Assembly: GCA_041641295.1 (NCBI GenBank) | Contig: JBEPYO010000001.1 | Coordinates: 800,001-864,000, forward strand | Direction: 5' to 3' | DNA length: 64,000 nt | Source of the DNA: Nitrososphaerota archaeon | Lineage (GTDB): Archaea; Thermoproteota; Nitrososphaeria_A; Caldarchaeales; Calditenuaceae | In this document: positions 1 to 9,212 of the stretch, piece after piece | Position numbering within the stretch: the first letter of the stretch is position 1 | How the letters are laid out: every line of letters starts with the position of its first letter | The notes under the pieces: generated by a model | Databases searched by the model: none | What the model was told of the DNA's origin: nothing | What the model saw: the letters and a program-made list of their open reading frames with translations, nothing else | Position numbers and translations under genes: made by a program

Positions 1-738
1 CGAAACACTAGCAGTGCCTTGCGCCTCCACACCATTCCTATCCCGGACAACTACGCGAAAGTCGTATGAGGAGCGCGGAGCGCTCGCATTGAGAAGCCTG
101 ACCTTGACGAAGTCTGTCGACTGGCCGTAGATGTTATCCTCCTTCGGGTCTATCAGCTCTATCAGGAGCCAGTTCTCGGTCGGCAACACACATCCGCTGG
201 CCAGCCCGTAATTCGGCCGAGAAGCCTCAAACGTCGCGACCTTGAATAATAGTACCTCGTTGTCGGGTTTCGAGAGGCCTGGGTTTGAGGGGTCGTAGAG
301 CTGCTCCGGAATATAGTGTACCTGAACAAGCAGCCTGTCATTCTCGCTACAAGTCCCAGTGGGACAGCGGAAAACCAGCTGGCCTGCCTCACCTACATTG
401 AGGCGCGCCAGATCGTCTATTCCAGTGTCATAGACCACTGTGCCGTTTTTAATTGTTAGTATCCGAAAGATAATTATAGGCTCCCTCCCAGTGTTTCTAA
501 GCAGCATTATTCCCCTATCAGCGTAGCCATAGATCATGTCTGGGTAGTAGACATAATCCGCACCTATGTTCGAGCGCAGCACTAGGGCCTGGTCACCCAC
601 CTTTCTAACCTCCTCCTGCCTCCACAGGCCCGCGTAGCTTGAGATTAAGGCCCACAAAGCTATTCCAGCAGCGAGAACTACCCCTAACACAAGCACTGTG
701 GCGAGGATATCACTATACCCCCGCCCACCCCGCCCCAC
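1..738 (-). CDS. Type IV pilin-like protein (class III signal peptide), partial at window edge; paralog of 743..1885
   Basis: Not in the ORF track; translated by hand. GTG at 738 gives MGRGGRG/YSDILATVLVLGVVLAAGIALWALI..., open to base 1. Shares motifs with its neighbour (CVLPTENWLLIELIDP vs CPLPSNWMMVDVVDP). Confidence 0.8.
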   Translation of the reverse strand, partial: MGRGGRGYSDILATVLVLGVVLAAGIALWALISSYAGLWRQEEVRKVGDQALVLRSNIGADYVYYPDMIYGYADRGIMLLRNTGREPIIIFRILTIKNGTVVYDTGIDDLARLNVGEAGQLVFRCPTGTCSENDRLLVQVHYIPEQLYDPSNPGLSKPDNEVLLFKVATFEASRPNYGLASGCVLPTENWLLIELIDPKEDNIYGQSTDFVKVRLLNASAPRSSYDFRVVVRDRNGVEAQGTASVS

Positions 739-742
739 CTAC

Positions 743-1885
743 CTACACCTCCTCAACCCCTATCACTACTCTGTATATGTCGGTGAGAGGGGTCGAGGGG
801 ATATCTATAAACACGGAGTCCGTGAATATCCCACGAGGTATGCGTACAGTAACTGACCTAGAGACGAGCTGGACTCCATTACAGTCGTATAATGTCACCG
901 TCACTCTATAGTTGCCGCCTACGACGTCGTTAACTCCCAGCTCCACCTCTACTACATTAACATTCATATTAGCGTCTGACCAGAGCGTGACGCCGGATGC
1001 ATGTGCCTTTCCAGGTATTCCGCCGAAAACCCATTCCTCCTGTACAACGTCATATCCCGCCGAGAGGACCCGTACTGTTAAGGGTACTTGAAGTCCAGAG
1101 AAGCTGCCAGCGAAGGGCTGTAGCACATTACTTATAGTCTGGACATCACTTGTTGCGAAGCCATATTCACCCATCGCGTCAATCACTTGCAGGTCGACGG
1201 TAGTAGAGTCGCTTGCGGAGGCGTATGGGAATCGCACATATACCTTGTTATTGGGTGGGGGTGGGATCTTCCCCGAGTCGGTATAGGTGACCGGGTCTAC
1301 GACATCAACCATCATCCAATTAGATGGCAGTGGGCAACGTGCAGGCGCCCCGACTGGCGGATGGACGAAGACTGTCTCAACATACCGCATCTCATCCACT
1401 GAGAGGATTGGGTTCTCCTCGTTGAATAGGCCTGCGGCGACATACCATACCCGCAGCCTTAAGGTCTCTAGTGATGTGCAGGAGCTACACGCGGGGACGG
1501 AGCTTCTGTCAAGTTCTATGGCTTGCTGCGGCTGAAGCTCGGCTATTCTCGTGAACCCGTTTGAGGGGAATGAAGCCTTCAAAGACCCTGAAGGTGACAC
1601 GATCTCTATCCTCGTAACAACGACGGGTACATCGGCGATATTCCTTACAGTAACATTCCTCACATCGCCTGTATAGAATACCCTCTCAAAGGATAGTTGT
1701 GCGGAGGTCTTAACAAGTAGTATAGCCCTGTTGGCCTCGTTAGTCGATGACTGAAGCGATACACCCAACCACCCCGAGGCTACAGCTAGTATGAATACTC
1801 CGACGCCGACGGTGAGGGCTGTCAGTAATATAGCTCCGATTACGGTATCGCCCCTCCTTCTACGGCTCGCCCTACCGTCGGTCAA
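743..1885 (-). CDS. Type IV pilin/archaellin-like surface protein
   Basis: Basic leader RRRRG followed by a hydrophobic helix (DTVIGAILLTALTVGVGVFILAV); beta-rich body with Cys pairs. Confidence 0.75.
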   Translation of the reverse strand: MTDGRASRRRRGDTVIGAILLTALTVGVGVFILAVASGWLGVSLQSSTNEANRAILLVKTSAQLSFERVFYTGDVRNVTVRNIADVPVVVTRIEIVSPSGSLKASFPSNGFTRIAELQPQQAIELDRSSVPACSSCTSLETLRLRVWYVAAGLFNEENPILSVDEMRYVETVFVHPPVGAPARCPLPSNWMMVDVVDPVTYTDSGKIPPPPNNKVYVRFPYASASDSTTVDLQVIDAMGEYGFATSDVQTISNVLQPFAGSFSGLQVPLTVRVLSAGYDVVQEEWVFGGIPGKAHASGVTLWSDANMNVNVVEVELGVNDVVGGNYRVTVTLYDCNGVQLVSRSVTVRIPRGIFTDSVFIDIPSTPLTDIYRVVIGVEEV

Positions 1886-2080
1886 GCAACTACTATCCCC
1901 CCTATTCCCGGATGGGTTATATAGGCGTTTTTAGTAAGTCCCAGTCGGGCAGTTTGTGACTTGATAATCAGATTTACCGACTTGCTAAACATGGTTGAAA
2001 AGTTTTGGTTTTTTATAGTGATTGGCCACAAGGTTTTAGAGGATTGTTAATATATCCCCCCGATGAACTAACTTTCTTAG

Positions 2081-3736
2081 ATGGATAGAATGCGTCGCTT
2101 AGCACTCCTAAGACTACTTGTCATTCCCATCGTAATGGTAGTTGCACTGTCGTTTGTTTCGTGGTTCATTGGTGGAGAACCATTAAGCGTATTGATTAGC
2201 AGAGCCTTAGCCCTTGAAGAGGTTGTCGGAGGCTATGTAGCGCATGTTCTCACGGGCCTGCTTATTGGGGCGATAAATGCCCTTGTTCTGCATAGAGTTA
2301 TCCGGGTTTGGATCGCTTACTTTGTTGGTGCTATTGTCGGCTGGGCTTTAGCCCTAACATTAGTTATGATGACCACACCTCTGGCTCCACCCTTCATTCT
2401 ACAGTGGGTTGCAGGCCTCGGAGCGTTCATCGCCACACTCGCTGGGCTTGTGTGGTTTCTATCTGGTGGTATTGTAAAGTTTCCAATAGGGCAGGCACAA
2501 GTGAGTAGACAGTCTGTCCAGCTGCCTCAACCATCACAAACACCTACTACGCCTGTAACGGAAAAACAGGAGCCCCCGCCTCAGCCATCTAAGGAGTCAA
2601 CACCAGCTCCTCCACCCATCACCGAAGCAACACCCCTGCCAACTCCGAAGGCTGAGCCAACACCCCCTCCACCCACTACACAACCTCCTCCTCAGACAGC
2701 ACAGACAGCCCCACCCCCACCAGCACAACCAGCCACTCCACCACCTCCATCCGAGCCCGCACGGAGCATCGAAGAGATTGAGGAAGCAATGGTAGAGATT
2801 ATCGCTGAAGAGGGAATCACGGAGATTATTCCACTCCCTAACAACACCTCACCGGAAGGCGGCTCCTACCCTGACCTAGAGTCGCTACTAAATATAGACA
2901 CAACAATGCTTCTCCGGGCCATAAGAAGGCTCATCGACAAGAATATGGTCAGGATAGCGGGGGTGGAGTTTAAGAAGGTTGCATGCCCCCACTGCCAGAG
3001 CGCCCTCAACATCTTGACTCTGAGTTGTAGGGCATGCGGGTCGACGAATATTGGGAGGCAGAGAATACTACAACATGAGACCTGCGGGTATCTTGGTCCT
3101 GAGGACAGCTTCACTGTTGGAGGCCGGGCGTTATGTCCGCGCTGCGGTAGCAGTGTCAAAATATTGAGGAGCCCGCTCGAGGAGGAGCATGAGCAGGTGC
3201 TCAAGGTACACTCAAGCTTCTTCATCTGCTACGACTGCAACGAAGTCAGCCCCGACCCACACATCTCCTTCAGATGCCTCACATGCGGACTAGACTATGA
3301 CCTGACCAGCTTCGAGTTCAAGACATTCTATAGATACGCCGTCAACCCCGACGTGATAAGCGGGCTACAAGAGCAGAAGCGCCCGCTCAAACTTATCGCG
3401 GACGAGCTCAGAAAGCAGGGATACGAGGTTCAGCTCGGAGCTAGGATTTCAGGCACCTCCAAGGTCAAGCATAAGGTTGACCTAATTTACAGTCGTCTGG
3501 GACAGCCCAAGGGAGCTGTCTTTCTATTCACTGAAAGGGGAGGAGCAAAGATCCATGACGTGATGAAGATAATAGTCATGAAGGCTGACACCAAGATAGA
3601 CAACATCAAGATACTCTGCCTCGGGCAGCTTGACAACGATTCGAAGAGACTTGCCGAACTCTACAACATATCAATAATTGAGAACATAGCGGCGAAAGAC
3701 CTGGGAAGCGAGGTTATACCGCGCCTAGTTTCCTGA
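2081..3736 (+). CDS. Membrane protein with Pro-rich linker, multi-Zn-ribbon (TackOD1-like) domain and C-terminal Mrr/REase-fold domain
   Basis: About 4 N-terminal TM helices; P/T/Q-rich linker; CPHC, CRAC, HETCG, CPRC, CYDC and CLTC motifs; GYEVQLGARISGTSKVKHKVD. Confidence 0.7.
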   Translation: MDRMRRLALLRLLVIPIVMVVALSFVSWFIGGEPLSVLISRALALEEVVGGYVAHVLTGLLIGAINALVLHRVIRVWIAYFVGAIVGWALALTLVMMTTPLAPPFILQWVAGLGAFIATLAGLVWFLSGGIVKFPIGQAQVSRQSVQLPQPSQTPTTPVTEKQEPPPQPSKESTPAPPPITEATPLPTPKAEPTPPPPTTQPPPQTAQTAPPPPAQPATPPPPSEPARSIEEIEEAMVEIIAEEGITEIIPLPNNTSPEGGSYPDLESLLNIDTTMLLRAIRRLIDKNMVRIAGVEFKKVACPHCQSALNILTLSCRACGSTNIGRQRILQHETCGYLGPEDSFTVGGRALCPRCGSSVKILRSPLEEEHEQVLKVHSSFFICYDCNEVSPDPHISFRCLTCGLDYDLTSFEFKTFYRYAVNPDVISGLQEQKRPLKLIADELRKQGYEVQLGARISGTSKVKHKVDLIYSRLGQPKGAVFLFTERGGAKIHDVMKIIVMKADTKIDNIKILCLGQLDNDSKRLAELYNISIIENIAAKDLGSEVIPRLVS

Positions 3737-3781
3737 TAGTCAGTGGAATAGGCTGCTGTGGTCGCTCAAAGTATGGATTTC

Positions 3782-4339
3782 TCACCCACTCTTCCACAGC
3801 ATGTAACACCTGATCTCCTCGAAGAATAGGTGCTTAGACGCGACGAGTCGCAGGTTCAAGCCTTTCTCCCCTGCGTGTTTGGTGATGGCTTCATCGTTTC
3901 CGAGGGTCGAGGCTATGAGTACCAGTTTTGCCCCGGCCGCCAAGAAATCTCCAGCCTCGTCTATGAGGCTGATTGCGAACTCGGCTCCGGTCTGTCCGCC
4001 CTCGGTTGTGATGTCTGAGGTGTTTTCGCTTGGCAGGTATGGAGGGTTTGAGGCTATCAGGCTTATCTTGCTGGATGGGCGGAGGGCTTTGAGTTTGTCG
4101 CCGACTATTACGTGGACGCGGCTTAGGAGGCGTGAGCAGTTCTCGAGGGTGCTTCTTGCTGCGGCCTCGCTTATGTCTATGGCTATGACCTCGAAGCCCC
4201 TCTCAGCTATGTGCTTGGAGACAACGCCGCTTCCACTCCCCACCTCCACAACCACTCCCTCGAACGTCAGGTCTGAGAGGCAGTCTACCAAGAGCCAAGT
4301 ATCCTCTGCAGGCCGGTAGACCGGGGGTTCAGCGCCCAT
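3782..4339 (-). CDS. HemK/PrmC-related (HemK2-like) SAM-dependent methyltransferase
   Basis: VYRPAEDT, EVGSGSG and NPPYLP motifs; start may be 4339 or 4357. Confidence 0.85.
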   Translation of the reverse strand: MGAEPPVYRPAEDTWLLVDCLSDLTFEGVVVEVGSGSGVVSKHIAERGFEVIAIDISEAAARSTLENCSRLLSRVHVIVGDKLKALRPSSKISLIASNPPYLPSENTSDITTEGGQTGAEFAISLIDEAGDFLAAGAKLVLIASTLGNDEAITKHAGEKGLNLRLVASKHLFFEEIRCYMLWKSG

Positions 4340-4465
4340 GTACACACCCGTCGACAATACATGGTGTAGCGGGCTTTAGAGCCTAGCTGCCTAGAGGGGG
4401 TGGTGAGTAAAAATTATAAATGCGTCTCTAGAGAATTTCATGACTACTGCAGGTGATTAGAGGTC

Positions 4466-5359
4466 TTGTATCCTAGAAAGTTTAGCTATGTGGCTCCTAG
4501 CAGGGTTGAAGAGGTGCTGAGACTGCTTAAAAGATACGGCGATGAGGCAAAAATCCTAGCTGGAGGTCATAGCCTCCTACCCATGATGAAGCTCAGGATA
4601 GTTGGCCCCCGCGTAGTTATCGACTTGAGAAATCTCAGGGATAGGCTGGCGTATATCAGGGATGGGGCCAGGGCGGTGAGGATAGGCGCCCTAACTACAC
4701 ATGCCGAGATCGAGCTCTCCGACATGCTTAAACGCGAGGTCCCACTGCTACCCGAGGTAGCCAGATGGATCGGTGATATGCAGGTGAGGAATATGGGCAC
4801 GATTGGCGGTTCTTTAGCCCACGCAGACCCCGCGGCAGACTGGCCAGTCGCCATGCTGGCCCTCAACGCGACATTCACAATTCAGGGGGCTCGCAAGAGG
4901 GCCGTCCCCGCCTCAAAATTCTTCAAAGGCCCATTCACCACCGTCCTCAAACCCTCCGAGCTCCTGACAGAGATAACGATACCTAAGCCGCCGAAGGGTC
5001 ATGGATGGTCTTGGAAGAAGTTTGAGAGGAAGGCGGGCGACTTCGCGACGGTAAACGTTGCTGTGATTGCTGTTCCAGACGGCAGGGGCCAAGTCAGGGA
5101 CATATCGATCGCCGTGGGCTCTGTGAATCCTGTGCCCTACAGGGCTGTTAATGCAGAGAAGATGCTCCGGGGAAAGAGACCCGACTCCGAGTTGTTGAAG
5201 GCGGCGGCTGAGGCGGCTGCAGAGCCTGCTGAGCCGACCAGCGACTTGAGGGGCTCGGCCGAGTACAAGAAGTGGCTGACAAAGGTTATGGTTAGGAGGG
5301 CTCTCGAAGAAGCTTTAAACAGAGCCGGTATAACTGTGGAGGTGGTTCAGCATGCCTAG
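4466..5359 (+). CDS. coxM: Xanthine dehydrogenase/CO dehydrogenase family FAD-binding medium subunit
   Basis: [31 protein letters not shown] and DLRGSAEYK motifs. Confidence 0.9.
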   Translation: MYPRKFSYVAPSRVEEVLRLLKRYGDEAKILAGGHSLLPMMKLRIVGPRVVIDLRNLRDRLAYIRDGARAVRIGALTTHAEIELSDMLKREVPLLPEVARWIGDMQVRNMGTIGGSLAHADPAADWPVAMLALNATFTIQGARKRAVPASKFFKGPFTTVLKPSELLTEITIPKPPKGHGWSWKKFERKAGDFATVNVAVIAVPDGRGQVRDISIAVGSVNPVPYRAVNAEKMLRGKRPDSELLKAAAEAAAEPAEPTSDLRGSAEYKKWLTKVMVRRALEEALNRAGITVEVVQHA

Positions 5360-5912
5360 GCGTAGAGTTCAGAGGCGCCGGACAAGACAGGCGGCTGAGA
5401 CAGTATATGACATGGTGCCGGTGAGGGTGAAGATCAATGGTGTCGAGTATTCCCACATGGTTGAGCCGAGGCTCCTTCTAGTGAACTACATCAGGGACGT
5501 GGTGGGTCTTACGGGAACGCATGTGGGCTGCGACACGTCCCACTGCGGTGCGTGCACTGTGCTGGTGAAGGGTCTGTGGGGTGATGGGTGGATGGCTGTC
5601 AAGTCATGCACCCTGCTAGCTACCCAGGTTGATGGGAAGGAGATACTGACGATAGAGGGGCTGGCCAAGAATGGTGAGCTTCACCCACTCCAGAAGGCCT
5701 TCTGGGAAAATCACGGCCTCCAATGCGGCTTCTGCACTCCGGGCATGATCATGGCAGCCCTCGGCCTACTCCTCAGAAACCCCAACCCAACACGGGAGGA
5801 GATCAAGTGGGGCATCAGCGGAAACCTCTGCAGATGCACAGGATACGTCAACATCATCAAGTCGATAGAGGCGGCAGCCAAGGAGATGCGGGAAAAAGGA
5901 GTGACAATATAG
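5352..5912 (+). CDS. coxS: Xanthine dehydrogenase/CO dehydrogenase family [2Fe-2S] small subunit
   Basis: [20 protein letters not shown] and GNLCRCTGY motifs. Confidence 0.92.
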   Translation: MPRRRVQRRRTRQAAETVYDMVPVRVKINGVEYSHMVEPRLLLVNYIRDVVGLTGTHVGCDTSHCGACTVLVKGLWGDGWMAVKSCTLLATQVDGKEILTIEGLAKNGELHPLQKAFWENHGLQCGFCTPGMIMAALGLLLRNPNPTREEIKWGISGNLCRCTGYVNIIKSIEAAAKEMREKGVTI

Positions 5913-6002
5913 CGTCAAACCCCTTCTGCCGGAATACTTTCTCAAGCTGACACCAGTCCTGAAAGCCTACAACCCTTTTTGTCGCCAGTTTACGTATAAA
6001 AA

Positions 6003-6884
6003 TTGGGTAAACCGTTAGTATCCGAGCGTCCAGCGATGGCTATTTTCACCGATCTCTTCTCGCTGACCAAGCCGAAAATCACTCTGCTCAACATAGGCTC
6101 AGCGATCTCCTGCTACGTTCTAGCAGGTGGCGGCCTCTGGGGTTCCGCCCTCCTCTTCCTCACCGGCTACCTCGCGTCAGGCGGGTCAAGCATGCTGAAC
6201 AACTATCTCGACAGGGATATCGACGGCCTCATGAGGAGGACTGCGAAGAGGCCGCTCCCAAGCGGCAGGATATCGGATAGAATTGTCTTGGCCCTAGGCC
6301 TCATCTTCTCCGCGGCATCTGTGGTCGCGGCGTGGATATTTTTCAACCCGCTGACAGCCCTCATGATCGCCGCTGGAATACTCACCTACGTCGTAGTCTA
6401 TACGAGCCTGTTGAAGAGGAGGACGGACTGGAACATAGTGATCGGAGGCGCCGCTGGCTCATTTCCACCCCTCGCAGGCTGGGCCGCCGCAACCAACACA
6501 ATAGGCCTCGAGGCGGTCTTGGTGGCTCTTCTAATCTTCCTATGGACACCGGGGCACTTCTGGGCACTCGCCATCAGAGCTGAAAACGACTACAGGTCTG
6601 CACGCCTCCCCATGCTCCCAGTCACAAAAGGGTTGGACCAAGCAGTGACAGGTATCGCGGCGTCGAACGCCTTGATGATTGCCAGCTGGGCCCTACTATC
6701 AATGACTATAAACCCGCCCACAATCTTCCTACTGGTCACAACACCTCTCACCGTCCTCATAGCATACTACACCGCAGCATTAATCAGGAATAAGAGTAGG
6801 GAGGATTCCTGGAGGCTCTTCAAGGCCACGAGCCCCTGGCTCCTCATAATACAGCTGGGCCTAATAATGGCAAGAATCATCTAA
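6003..6884 (+). CDS. ctaB: Protoheme IX farnesyltransferase (heme o synthase)
   Basis: LTKPKI, NNYLDRDIDGLMRRTAKRPLPSG, YTSLLKRRT and WTPGHFWAL motifs. Confidence 0.92.
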   Translation: MGKPLVSERPAMAIFTDLFSLTKPKITLLNIGSAISCYVLAGGGLWGSALLFLTGYLASGGSSMLNNYLDRDIDGLMRRTAKRPLPSGRISDRIVLALGLIFSAASVVAAWIFFNPLTALMIAAGILTYVVVYTSLLKRRTDWNIVIGGAAGSFPPLAGWAAATNTIGLEAVLVALLIFLWTPGHFWALAIRAENDYRSARLPMLPVTKGLDQAVTGIAASNALMIASWALLSMTINPPTIFLLVTTPLTVLIAYYTAALIRNKSREDSWRLFKATSPWLLIIQLGLIMARII

Positions 6885-7017
6885 TAGGCAAGTCTTTGAT
6901 ACCCACGCCTCTTCTAAGATCTCACCACATAATGGGGACAATTCCTATGACACCCTAGACACTAGCGTCTCCCGCATCCTTGACAGGAAAACAGTAGTGC
7001 ATTGTCTGGTAAAAATG

Positions 7018-7110
7018 TGCTCCGGCCGGGATTTGAACCCGGGTCTCCGGCTCTCTCCGCATCTCTGGCCCGAAAGGCCGGCATACTTGTCCGGGCTATA
7101 CTACCGGAGC
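7018..7110 (-). tRNA. tRNA-Glu(TTC) with 18-nt intron at 37/38
   Basis: GCTCCGG...CCGGAGC acceptor stem; anticodon arm CCGGC-CT-TTC-G[GGCCAGAGATGCGGAGAG]A-GCCGG; T-loop TTCAAAT; BHB-compatible. Confidence 0.93.
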
Positions 7111-7193
7111 TCAGCCTAGGGTTAGAAGAGTGGGTGGTGTTTAATAGACTTATATGTGTGGAGAAAAATGATGTGGTTTAGAAGGTTTGAGGC

Positions 7194-8819
7194 TTAGTCG
7201 AATTCAGGTGTCTCTGACTCCTTCTTACCCTTCTCTTCCTTCTTCTTGGAGGCTGCGACTACGTCGTCTATTCTGAGGATCATTGCGGCTGCCTCGAAGC
7301 TGGACTTTAGCGCCTGTGCCTTGACCTTGTAGGGCTCAATCACTCCGAGGCTTATCATGTCGTCGACCTTCCCGGTGAACACGTTGATTCCATACTTGTA
7401 GCCAGCATCTACGTGTTTGCTTCTCAGCGAGGACATTATATCGACGGGGTCGAGGCCGGCGTTCTCGGCCAACGTCTTGGGTATCGTCTCTAGTGCGTCG
7501 GCGAAGGCCAGCATGGCGAGCTGCTCCTTTCCAGAATACTTCGAGGCGTTCTCCCTGATGTACTGTGCTAGCTCTGTCTCAACCGCGCCTCCACCTGGGA
7601 CGAATCTATTGTCGTCAACGATCGTTATCATGTTCATTAGCGCGTCGTTTAGTGCCCGCTCAGCCTCGTCCAGCTGACGCTCGAGACCCGCCCTCAAGAG
7701 TATTGAGACGGCCTTCGGGTTCTTGCACCCCTCCACGAAGACCATCCTATCTTCGCCTATCTTCCTCTCCTCAACAAGCGCGGCCTCACCCAAGTCCTTC
7801 GGCGAGAGGTCCTCGAAGTTAGTCACAATCCTCCCACCCGTAGCCTTCTCGAGCTTCTCCATGTCGCTTCTCTTAACGCGCCTCACAGCCAGTATCCCAG
7901 CCTTCGCTAGGAAGAACTGGGCGGCGTCATCGATGCCCTTCTGACAGAAGACGACATTCGCGCCCACTTGGACTACCTTGTCAACCATCTCCTTCAGAAT
8001 CCTAGCCTCCTCGTCGAGGAACTCCTTAATCTTGAGCGGGTCCCTGATCCTGATCTCTGCGGAGAACTCAGTCTTCTCGATCTCGAAGGGTGCATCGATT
8101 ATAGCGATCTTGGCGTTGGTAACGCGCTTGGGCATGCCTGGGTGGACAACCTCCTTATCGATGACGACGCCCTTTATGAGCTGGGACTCGACAATGCTCT
8201 TACCCATCTTCTTCACAATCTGTATGTCATCCTTGTCGGCCCTCCGCTTACCATCATACTCCTTGATGACGCTTAGTACAGCGTCTATCGCTAGATTTGC
8301 TACGTGGTCTGTGCCGAAGCCCAGCGACTTGCTCCCGAGACTGGTGTGGACTATCTTTCTCAGTGTCTCCTTGTCTGTCAGATTGACCTCCGTAGCTATC
8401 TCGCCAAGCCTCTTAAGGGCTAGGTCTAGGGCCTTCTTGTATCCGGCGATGATCGTGCTGGGGTGGATCTTCTGCTCTATTAGCTCCTCGGCCTTAGCGA
8501 GCAGTTCCCCGGCTATGAGAACTGCGCTCGTTGTCCCGTCGCCTACAGACTTGTCCTGAGTCTTCGCTACCTCGATAATCATCTTCGCTGCCGGGTGCTC
8601 AACGTCCATCTTCTCGAGGATTGTTGCGCCGTCGTTTGTGACTATGACGTCGCCGATTGTGTCGACGAGTATCTTGTCCATCCCCTTGGGGCCTAGTGTC
8701 GTCTTAACCATCTCTGCGATTATCCTGGCTGCTGTGATGTTGTTTCTCTGGGCTGACCTGCCCCTCGTCCTCGATGTACCCTCCTTAAGGATTAGAACTG
8801 GCTGACCAGCGAGAGCCAT
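7194..8819 (-). CDS. ths: Thermosome subunit (group II chaperonin)
   Basis: [24 protein letters not shown] and PGGGAVE motifs. Confidence 0.97.
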   Translation of the reverse strand: MALAGQPVLILKEGTSRTRGRSAQRNNITAARIIAEMVKTTLGPKGMDKILVDTIGDVIVTNDGATILEKMDVEHPAAKMIIEVAKTQDKSVGDGTTSAVLIAGELLAKAEELIEQKIHPSTIIAGYKKALDLALKRLGEIATEVNLTDKETLRKIVHTSLGSKSLGFGTDHVANLAIDAVLSVIKEYDGKRRADKDDIQIVKKMGKSIVESQLIKGVVIDKEVVHPGMPKRVTNAKIAIIDAPFEIEKTEFSAEIRIRDPLKIKEFLDEEARILKEMVDKVVQVGANVVFCQKGIDDAAQFFLAKAGILAVRRVKRSDMEKLEKATGGRIVTNFEDLSPKDLGEAALVEERKIGEDRMVFVEGCKNPKAVSILLRAGLERQLDEAERALNDALMNMITIVDDNRFVPGGGAVETELAQYIRENASKYSGKEQLAMLAFADALETIPKTLAENAGLDPVDIMSSLRSKHVDAGYKYGINVFTGKVDDMISLGVIEPYKVKAQALKSSFEAAAMILRIDDVVAASKKKEEKGKKESETPEFD

Positions 8820-9026
8820 AGCTAATACACCAAGCTCTAATGTCTAGCCCCAAGATTTAAATCTAAACCCCCATTCAAGAATCTAATAACTGGGCGTGTC
8901 CATCTAACCGTTAATAGAAAGTAAATACTCGGATTACTACTGCATATATACAGACATGCCCGATCTGTAGAAGGGAGGTTTAAAGTCCAGAGGAATCAGA
9001 AGATAGGAGGCGGTTCCGCAATAATT

Positions 9027-9038
9027 AAGAAAGAAAAA
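9027..9038 (-). terminator. Putative oligo-U terminator after the structured RNA
   Basis: Minus-strand TTTTTCTTTCTT, 8 nt after the closing stem of the 9047-9212 hairpin. Confidence 0.55.
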
Positions 9039-9046
9039 GGTAAGCT

Positions 9047-9212
9047 GGCTGAGGGCCACACCGGTCAGGACAGCATCTAAGAACCCCCATGAGAGGCCGG
9101 CATGTTAAAGTCTTTGTCATGTATGGTAGCTCTCCACCATACATGTTAAAACATGTATCATACCGGCCTAAGGGTTTTTCCCTGCTGTCCTAGGCCAGCA
9201 TGATCCTCAGCC
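9047..9212 (-). ncRNA. Putative structured RNA: long rod with a BHB motif and a symmetric two-strand internal loop (candidate guide RNA)
   Basis: Nested stems GGCUGAGG/CCUCAGCC, CAUGCUGG/CCGGUGUG, GGACAGCA/UGCUGUCC, GGGA/UCUU, ACCCUUA/UGGGGGU, GGCCGGUAUG/CAUGCCGGCC and CAUGUAUGGUGG/CUACCAUACAUG. The non-Watson-Crick pairs are G-U on the minus strand only. Confidence 0.7.

Noticed and set aside
2560-2760. CCA/CCT-rich low-complexity tract as a tandem DNA repeat
   Set aside because: It encodes the Pro/Thr-rich linker of ORF 2081..3736.
8892-8961. GGGCGTGTC...GACATGCCC inverted repeat as an IS terminal repeat
   Set aside because: Only 8/9 bp, and no partner or target duplication was found on the other side of the IS110-like gene; element ends remain undefined.
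9139-9158. Local palindrome ATACATGTT-AA-AACATGTAT as the sole explanation of the hairpin (operator or terminator)
   Set aside because: It is real and offers an alternative local fold, but it cannot explain the other nested stems, the strand-specific G-U pairs or the BHB.
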